NCBI GenBank assembly: GCA_965644315.1
Contig: CBFFRQ010000068.1
Coordinates: forward strand, 248,001 to 312,000
DNA from: Caecitellus pseudoparvulus
Lineage: Eukaryota > Protista > Bigyra: Bicosoecida
Length of the DNA stretch: 64,000 nucleotides
Direction: 5' to 3'
In this document: positions 56,251-64,000 of the stretch, in pieces
Numbering within the stretch: position 1 is the first letter of the stretch
How the letters are laid out: each line of letters opens with the position of its first letter
The notes under the pieces: model-generated
What the model was told of the DNA's origin: nothing
Seen by the model: only the letters and a program-made list of their open reading frames with translations
The model's database searches: none
Translations under genes and position numbers: made by a program

Positions 56251-58231
56251 ATGGCGGCTATCGGCGACAGGGAGGAGTGTGCGTTGTTGGGACTGCCACA
56301 AGGTAAGTCGATTTCCGCACGCAAGCAACTGAAATCAGGTGAATGTGCAACTTGACGTTGTGCTGAGCGGCACAGACTTGCTGGACAGTTTGAGGACTTG
56401 TCTTTCTCCAGTGGATGCAGTGAGTTTACGGCAAGGGGCCGCGTGCTGGACTTGCCCCAACTTGCACTCCGTGTCGCAAATGCGCGTGCTACAGGTGACG
56501 CTGTCTAGCACATGCCGCGCCCTGCGGTCACTCACGGACGACAAAGTGTACTGGGAAGTGCAGTGGCGTCGCGACTTCCGTGGTCAGGCGTTTCCCTCCG
56601 GGCGGTCCTCAGCGGGGCCCATGCGGTCAGCTGCGCAGGGTGTGCTCTTGCAGATGGTAGGTGGCGTACACCCAGGCACGATTCAGACTGGCTTGCAAGC
56701 AGTGCAGGGGGCGATTCGAGGCAACAATGCGACCCAGGGTGTGGACACGCGGAACCCGATCATGGACCAGGTGATCCCGCCGCCTCCCCCAACTGTAGCC
56801 GGGCAGCTGCAGCTGTACCGTGACGCCTCCACTGCCGGACAAGCGGCAGCAGCCCGGGACTTCCGCGCTCTGTACGTCGAGGAGGTGCAGCAGCGTGCCG
56901 CCCAGCGCAGAGCATGGGAGGCAGACAAGGCTCGGTGCAGGGAGGAGCTGGGGGAGCTGCGGTGTGCGGCGTGTGTGTCGGGCCCCCTGGAGGCGTTTGT
57001 GCACTACGTGCCAGCTGTGTGCATGGTGACTGGACTGTTCATCTTGCTGATGCTGACGGCTGCGCAGCTGGAAGGCGACCTGGGGATGGGCGCAGATGGG
57101 TGGTGGGTGGTGGGTGGCTTCGCGTTGGGGATGGTGGGGAGTGTGTGGCTGGGCTTGTGCCTGTCGTGCACGGTGCTGTTGAGCGACCCTGGGTCTGATC
57201 TGGTGGCCAGTGCGTGTTGTTGCTGCCGTGAGCGGAGGTGGTGCCGGTGGCTGCGGCAGTCTGTGCGTGACAGTCTGCCTGGGTCGGTGGTGTCGTCTTT
57301 CATGTCCGAGGAGCGGGGTGAAGATTACTACGGCTTGCATGGGAACCAGTGGGCGGCATGCGGGGTGTTGAATGTGGTGCCGTTGTTGTCGATGCTGGGC
57401 ATTGTGCTGGTGACGTTGAAGACGAGCGGGGTGGTGGGGGGGGAGATGCCGTGGAGCGTGGCGTTGCTGCCGTGGATGCTGGCATCATTCAACTCAACCT
57501 GCATGGCGGCAGCTGCTGCTGAGAACGATGAGGATGCCTTCCTGTCATGTCTCGGTGTAGGTAGATTCATCAACCCAGATGTTGTGGCCGTATCTTGCGG
57601 TCCGAGTTGCTTGCAGTTCACGTTTTGGTTGTTGGCGGGGCTGTGGGCTGATGGCGCCATGGAGGGCAGTGCGTGCCTGGTGCCCATCCCGTTCTTCATC
57701 TTATTTGGTTGCTCAGCTCTGGCAGGAATATGTGGCGCAGGCGCTGCCAGCTGTGTGGCAGGGGTGGAACGTTTCGAGTATGGCTGGGCTCAAGGTCTCT
57801 GCATTCTACTGTGTGGCGTTCCGTTGTCTGTGGGCATGGCTGCCGCGGGCTTCGCCATGTGGATCATGCCAGCTGTGCAGGCTTGCACCGCCATTGATGC
57901 AGACTGGGATCCGTCAGAGGCAGGGTTTCCTGGGCAGTCAAATTGGTACGTGGTGTTTGCAGGCTGGTTGCTGATCACAGCGCTGGCCGTATTCCCGGCG
58001 CTGGGGCTGCTGTATGTGGCACTCTCAGAAGCAGAAACACCCTTTGCCCCAGCTGGCTTCTTTCCAGGCTGCCAGATGTGCCGTTGCTGTCGGCGTGGGT
58101 GGGGCGCATCCCCTTTCGAGGAGCGCATTCAGACTGCGGAGATGCGGCTTGAGAGTGGCCCGCCCCCTCGCACTGCGCGGCCGCCTTCACTGGAAGAAGG
58201 TCTCGTGGACAGGGTGGTCGACTTGGTGTGA
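56251..58231 (+). CDS. F-box plus polytopic membrane protein (TMEM185/TMEM60-like repeats), copy B, 3 exons
   Basis: Introns 56303-56375 and 56420-56494 (same positions as copy A) give LLGLPQDLLDSLRTCLSPVDAVTLSSTCRALRSLTDDKVYW. About 8 TMs follow. Confidence 0.75.
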
Positions 58232-58753
58232 GAGGATCCGGCTTGGAAGTAAAGTGGCTGGGGCTCATTGCGAGGTGGCTCCTGGACCCTGTTTCCACCT
58301 CTCCCAGTCGATTTGCAGCGGCAAGTGGTTCAACACGGCGAGTTCGCACGCCACCGCACTCCCTGGAGGCTTGAGCAAACCTAGCGCCATCGTAAATCGC
58401 ACAATGTTGCTACAGTTAATGCACCCCACTACCGGCCTGTGCATTCTTCTGAATCACGTTGGGCTCACTTTTGCCTTGCAAGTGTGCGAAGCGCTGCGAG
58501 GCTGGGAAATTGTGTTTCAGCGTTGGGTCGCTTCGAAAGACTCAAGCGGCACGCTAAGCCGGAAGGCAAGCCTCGCATTTGACACCACAGAGGCAAGCTA
58601 CTGAGCAAGTCGTTGTGAACCGCGCAGTTTCGGTGTCTGGAGGCCGCTAACAAGGCACTTTGCCCAGCGCCACGCCAGTGGACGAATCGCGCTTCGTTGC
58701 TCCTGCTCCACCTGTCGCGTTTCCGTGCTTGAGCAGTGCTCAAGGGAGTAGAC

Positions 58754-61700
58754 ATGGGAGTGTGGTCAAGGACATGCTCTGCTGCCATCGTATTGGCTTG
58801 CTGCGCGTGCGTCGGGAGCTCTGCAGGTGAGGCGCACTGGAAGCATTGGAAGTGCACATCGCAATGCCGACTCGGCTTGGCACCGAGTTTTCACCTGCGC
58901 TGAGCCTGGAAGCGAGCAAGCGCACGCCAACCCCCCACGAAAACTCTTTATCACACCTCTTTGTGCAGATTTTGGCCGTAGGGCCGGTGCAGGTGCTGCA
59001 GCGTCGGCTGGTGTGGGGGAGCAAAATCCGCAGAGCCCCAGCCGACGCTCCTTGAGCCAGACTTCTTGTCAGCCAAACTACTCTCAGGTGACCGCTCAGT
59101 ACTGTGTGAGAAAGCTTGTAGCCACTGCTGTCGGCCCAAGGGAAGCCCATGACCTGTGCTTGGCAGAACGAACGAGTGCAGGGGGAGCACACCTTGGGGT
59201 GGAGCTGCTTCGCGTGCCAACGGAGAGCTTCTACACTGACTTGAAAGCCTGGCTTCAGACACAGGGAATCGGCATTGGAGAGCAGATACACACTGCTGGG
59301 GTGTTTCAGCCCGGAGCTGACTCGCGTGGCTTTGTGCAAGACTCGGCCCAGGTCTCCCAAGCAAGCGGCCTGGCTGGTCGGTGGGAGTGGCTCGGACGAG
59401 GGCCGATTCACCACGTGCACGACCCTGTCGTTGGACTGGAGGCAGAATTAGAGTTAGGGGAGTCGACGGGGAAGCACTGTCTTCGGATCATTGGCACGGC
59501 AACGGGAGTGGACCTCAACGTGACACACTGCCCCACCCCAGGGTCGCCAGCCCGCACTGTTGTATGCATGGCCCCACGGTTCGTCATGGATGTCCCTCCC
59601 CGCCACTTCGTCCAGCTGCCAGCAGTGAACACCTTTGCTGAGGCTTCTGCTGCTTGCCGCCAGCACAACATGCAGCTGGCAGATGTGGACGGCGTGGCCG
59701 ACTTGCAGTTCATGTTCGATCGAATTGAAGGGTCAGCTCTGAAGCAGGCATGGCTCGGTGGGCGCCGGGTGCACGAGCCGCTCAGCACCTTGGACTTTGC
59801 GTGGGAGTCAGGGCGGCCCTTTTCCATTGGAGATTTGGTGCAAGGGAATGTGTCTGGAGACGCATGCCTGGTGCTGTCCGAGGCTGCGCCGTACTCTGGC
59901 CAGGTGTCCATGGCTACCTGCTGCTCAACACAAGGCAGGTACCCAATGTGCTCTTTTGAGCCAAAGACTCAAGACTTCCTTGCTTGTCCCTATGGCTACC
60001 TCCGTTGGGGGGGCTTTTGCTACGGCGTGAACCCACTCCGCGTGGCCAACGTAGGCTTCGCGCCAGCGGTGGAGGCTTGTGCTCAGGATGGAGGGGCCTA
60101 CCCCTTGACAGTGCACGACACAGACGAGCTCACCTGGATTTTCGACAACCTTGTTCAGCCTTCATTTACCGCCACCCCTCAGGTTATCAGCAAGTTTGTG
60201 CTTGGACGGATGTACGGCAAGCTAGATGAAGGCACCCCCGCAGACGGCTGGTACTGGGTAGATGGCGAAGATCAGCAAGCAAGTGTGGCTATGTCCTTTC
60301 CTGGAGTCCCATTCTCCCGTGGAACGAACCAAGACTATGCCTTTCTGTCGCATGCGGGTGCAGGTGCCTTTCAGGGTGAGCTGCATTGGCGTCCTGTCGG
60401 AGTCACGAGCGCGTTCTGGCAAGGGGCCAGCACGATTTGCAAGCGGCCGACGTTCCAAGCAGCCAAGTGCTCACGTGGCTGGTCGACAGTGTTTGGTGGT
60501 TGCTATGCCGTCATGGGCCCCAGCATCGCAAACGCCCCTAATGCTCGCCGCATTTGCCACGCTCAGGGCGGGGAGATCGCAGACACAAGGTCGGATTTGG
60601 AGCGGCGCCTGCTTGGACCGACGCTGGCAGGGATCCAGTCCGTGGCCGATGGTGTCCCGCTTCGTGTGGGGGTGTACTGGGATAGCGGCTGGAGGTCAGC
60701 CCCGAGAAACGTGTCGATGACGGTGAGCATTCCTGGGCCAACAAACTTGTCAAGCTCGGTTGGCGCTGTGCTGCATCCTGGATTCAGCAGGACACTGCAG
60801 CTCATCCAGGTGCCTTTTGAGGCGCCCCTGTCAGCTCTGTGCATCCGAAAGGAGGAGTTCTCATGTGCTGAAGGCGCCGCACCCATCCAGCCAACTCACC
60901 CCATCGCAGCCGACCAGTGGGTGCTTCACCAAGAATCATGGTCCGTTGCAATGTTCTCCCGCAAGAGCGGGCTCGCAGGCAACCCTTACTTTCACCTCTC
61001 TCTCATTTCACAGTTACATAAAGACCACAGCGGCGATGCATTACGGGGATAGTCTGTCAGAGTGCATTGAAACTCATGCTGGATACCCTGCCGTGCCCGA
61101 TTCCGAGCCGGAGCTGCGCTTCCTCGAGCATTTGTACTCTGCTCAATCGAACGCACTTTTCACGTTCACAGGAACGACGGTGAGCCCTCTGTCTGGGAAT
61201 CGGGCCATGATTGGACTTCATGACCGTACAGGTTCAGACGCCCTCCACCGCGTGCTTGCTCGGGAGCGCCTTCCTGGAGACTGGACAGAGTTCGACATGC
61301 TCAAAGCCATGGGAGTTCCAGCAGCAGCCGCATGGATAAGCGACGATCGTTGTGTTGGCCTGCATCGCATCGATGCGCCAGTTGCCAACTCCCGGCCTGA
61401 TGATTGGAGCACGTCCTGGGAGCCTCTGGCCGCGACACTTGCTCTCGGCGCGATGGAGGACTGCAGAGCATACTCCACTTCTCACGTCACTCTTTGTGAG
61501 CGCGCCTTGGTTCCACCTGTTGCCATCGCAATGTCGTGCAACATCAGCACGATGGAGACCTTCTGGAAACAAGATCGGCCGGCTGGAGGAGCTGGAAACG
61601 ATGGCATATCAGGCGGTCAACGGCGTCTCTTTTCCGCGTTTCCCGACGAGCTTGTTCATTGGAACGGAAACTGGTGAGCATTATGCTTTGTGTTTTTGTG

Positions 61701-64000
61701 TCACCTGCTTCACTATCAATCCCCTCTTTACACAGCTATCGAACACGGGGCACCCAAAGCGCGAACCCAACTGCTGCCCGCAATCAGTGCCTGGGACCTA
61801 GCCAGGCCCCAACCGACCAGCTGTATGTGGCAACGGACCTGATTTCGTTGCACTCGGAAGCAGAAATGCTCGCTGCCGCTGCTTTGCGGGAGCATCTTTC
61901 TGGGGGCAATGGCAAGCTCATGTGGCTTGGCACTCGTGGCTTCACGGGGCCGCTAGTGTCAGGGGACATGTACTGGGCCGACAACAGCGGGCTGGCCTTC
62001 GACATCAGCCCATATAGCCAGCCTGTGTTTTCTGTATCAAATGACTTCTCTGTCTTCCGAACCTACGGGAATGCTGACATCGACATCTTTTGCGCAGCAG
62101 AGAACGTGGCCAGCTGTGCAGCAAAGATGGGCCCATTGCTACAGCACGCCGCCTCTGTCCCACAGGCTGGAGGGAACCCAATTTTTGGATGCAAACGACC
62201 AGTCGTGAACCCCTGTTGGATCAGGAATGGGACAGCCATGGGCGTGGCGTTCGTTGAGGACGAGTGGCGCTCTGGCCGCTGCATGTCTTTCCCGTTAAAG
62301 CCAAGCGTGCGTGCGCCGATCACCGTGGGCGAAGCAGTGCTCGAGTGCAGCGACATCATCGCACCACTGCAAGGAGTTCTGACAAACTTTGACACCCCCG
62401 CGGTCCGTGAGCAGTACGAACAGCGGATGGCAGTCTCGCAGACCGCCAGCGCGCCTCCAGCCGCTTGGATTGGACTAAACATGACCACCCTCCCTGACCC
62501 TGTAAAGGAGAAGGGCCCCTTTTGGGAAACGTCCACGTTTGGCTTCCATGAGTCCCCCACTGAGTACTGGTATGGCACGCTCAATGAGCTTGGCTTTATC
62601 GCCGGGCAAAGCATTCAAGACGGCTCAGAGCGCTGTGCCCTGATGACCATCTCAAATGGAGGGTATGCGCCCAACCTTGGGTCCCCATACACAACCGGAT
62701 GCACTGGTACCCACGATGCCTTGAGTTGCGCATTTCCTTCCCTCGTGCAGCAAGTTTACTGGAATGTCCCGTGGCATGGAGCGTACAGCCTGGGCAACGC
62801 AACCGGGCCCCTGCGGCCTGGTCCTCCGCCAGTTTGCGCAGCCAACAGCATGCCCTCCCCAAGTGCCACTGCTTCGCCATTTCCGACTGTAAGTGGGACT
62901 TCGACGGCCCATACAACGCCTTCGACCTCGTCCACTTCTTCGCCATCTTCAACTGCGCTCCCTACGGGCAGCGGGACCGCCACTCCACCCCAGACCCAGC
63001 CTCCTTCCCCTTCGCCATCGAGCACTTCCACTCCATCCAGCACTTCCACTGCTTCCAGCGCAAGGTCGCCCTCCGGAACAGCATCTCTAACGGCAACGGT
63101 AACCCCAAGCGTCACAGTCACGCCCAGTGCCAGCTCGACAGGCAGTGGAACACCATCTTCTTTCTCAACCCCATCGGTTACTGGCTCTGGAACTCCGTCA
63201 GCATCCAGCACACCCACAGGCACACCGAGTCACTCAAGCTCTGCGACAGGCACCCCATCAGCGTCTCCGTCCTCCAGCAACACAGCCAGCACTTCGCCGA
63301 CAGCAACACGCTCGTCAACGGCAAAGGGCACACCTTCTGGCACGCCATCCATGTCAGCCTCCAATTCCGCCTCTCCGACAGGGACTTCCACGGCATCCAG
63401 TACGCCTTCTCACACCGTAACCCCCACCCAATCACCCTCTACATCGCCGACTCAGACTTCCATGGCAACGACGACCAACTCGCCGTCGACCACCGTGTCC
63501 TTGTCTCCGTCTGCAACTGCTAGCGCAACGACCTCGGTCACGCCAACTGCTGCGGCGACGGGCACAGCATCGGCCACGTCCAGCAGGACAGCTGACCCCA
63601 CCTCCAGTGGCACGCCACGCAGCACGGCGTCACCGACAGCGACGGCCACACCGACACACTCGCCCACCTCCTCCCCGACCGCCTCTGGAACCGCAACGCC
63701 CAGCGCCACAAGCACACCGACAAATACCCCCTCACAAACCCCATCTCCTTCTTCGCCCATCTGCCCGCCACTCTTCGTCAGTGGTACACTTGGGAGTTGG
63801 CGCTGCTCGTCAGGTGACAGCGCACAACCAGTGCAATTCTCGCCAGGAGCTGCCACATTGCCAGCTGGAGTGGGTGCTCGCTGCCTGTTCAGTTGCCCGC
63901 CAGGTTTTGCCCCTTGGGGCCTTGTTGGGGCAAAGTGTGTCTTCTCCGGAGCAGGTGCATGGTCGTTCGCACTGCTGCCTGACAGCAGCCCACACACGCT
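58754..64000 (+). CDS. Large secreted or surface protein with about 7 C-type-lectin-like domains, mucin-like S/T/P stalk and Sushi/CCP domain; 3'-truncated
   Basis: Signal peptide MGVWSRTCSAAIVLACCACVGSSA. Introns at about 58827-58968, 60941-61013 and 61674-61735 restore the CTL motifs ESCYIK and GNCYR. Other motifs include CPYGY..WGGFCY, AWLGG, AWIGL and WYWVDG. The frame stays open to the window end. Sushi-like CPPL...CLFSCPPGF....AKC.....W. Confidence 0.8.
62820..63760 (+). repeat. Mucin-like Ser/Thr/Pro-rich coding tract
   Basis: Dense, imperfect S/T/P/A/G codon periodicity, for example SGTPSASSTPTGTPSHSSSATGTPS. Confidence 0.85.

Larger units (their letters stand above)
44661..57699. 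repeat. Inverted near-identical blocks shared by F-box/TM copies A and B
   Basis: 45064-45400 vs 56951-57287; 44865-45020 vs 57331-57486; 44661-44750 vs 57610-57699; about 45726-45871 vs 56492-56639 (reverse complements). Confidence 0.93.

Noticed and set aside
44661-57699. Inverted repeats as transposon TIRs flanking cargo genes
   Set aside because: The repeats are internal coding blocks of intron-containing paralogues. No transposase or target-site duplication was seen, and the enclosed genes are ordinary cellular genes.
61050-61052. Apparent stop or frameshift splitting the lectin gene (pseudogene?)
   Set aside because: GT-AG introns 60941-61013 and 61674-61735 restore the frame and the conserved Cys-Tyr motifs.
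1-64000. CRISPR array, rRNA/tRNA, endogenous virophage or retrotransposon
   Set aside because: No regularly spaced repeats, recognisable RNA gene, AT-rich island, or integrase/RT/capsid motifs were seen by eye. A covariance-model search could still find small RNAs.

Overview
GC-rich, very compact eukaryotic genomic DNA with about 27 protein-coding genes and short (mostly 62-89 nt), 5'-biased GT-AG introns. Gene content and style suggest a heterotrophic protist, possibly a bicosoecid-like stramenopile (inference only). The genes include a 5'-truncated DEK1-like multi-TM calpain, PTGR3, a RhoGEF, FAHD2, a serine carboxypeptidase, a degenerate kinesin, an ABHD4/5-like hydrolase, a beta-propeller surface protein, a WD40-like protein, SmF, a MyTH4-FERM myosin, RRP46, a TMEM242-like protein, two head-to-head hybrid histidine kinases, a KH protein, RUS1, two F-box plus polytopic membrane paralogues, a Reeler-DOMON-b561 reductase, FKBP2, two Tvp15-like paralogues, a histidine acid phosphatase and a 3'-truncated C-type lectin/mucin/Sushi protein. 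The most notable signals are: (1) a strand-specific AATGCA hexamer 11-61 nt after many stop codons, a candidate non-canonical poly(A) signal that is palindromic between one convergent pair; (2) an exact 10-mer, GCGGAAATTG, found six times and only near gene 5' ends; (3) two inverted paralogue pairs (histidine kinases; F-box membrane proteins) built as mosaics of near-identical DNA blocks and strongly diverged sensor or loop segments. No rRNA, tRNA, CRISPR or transposon was recognised.
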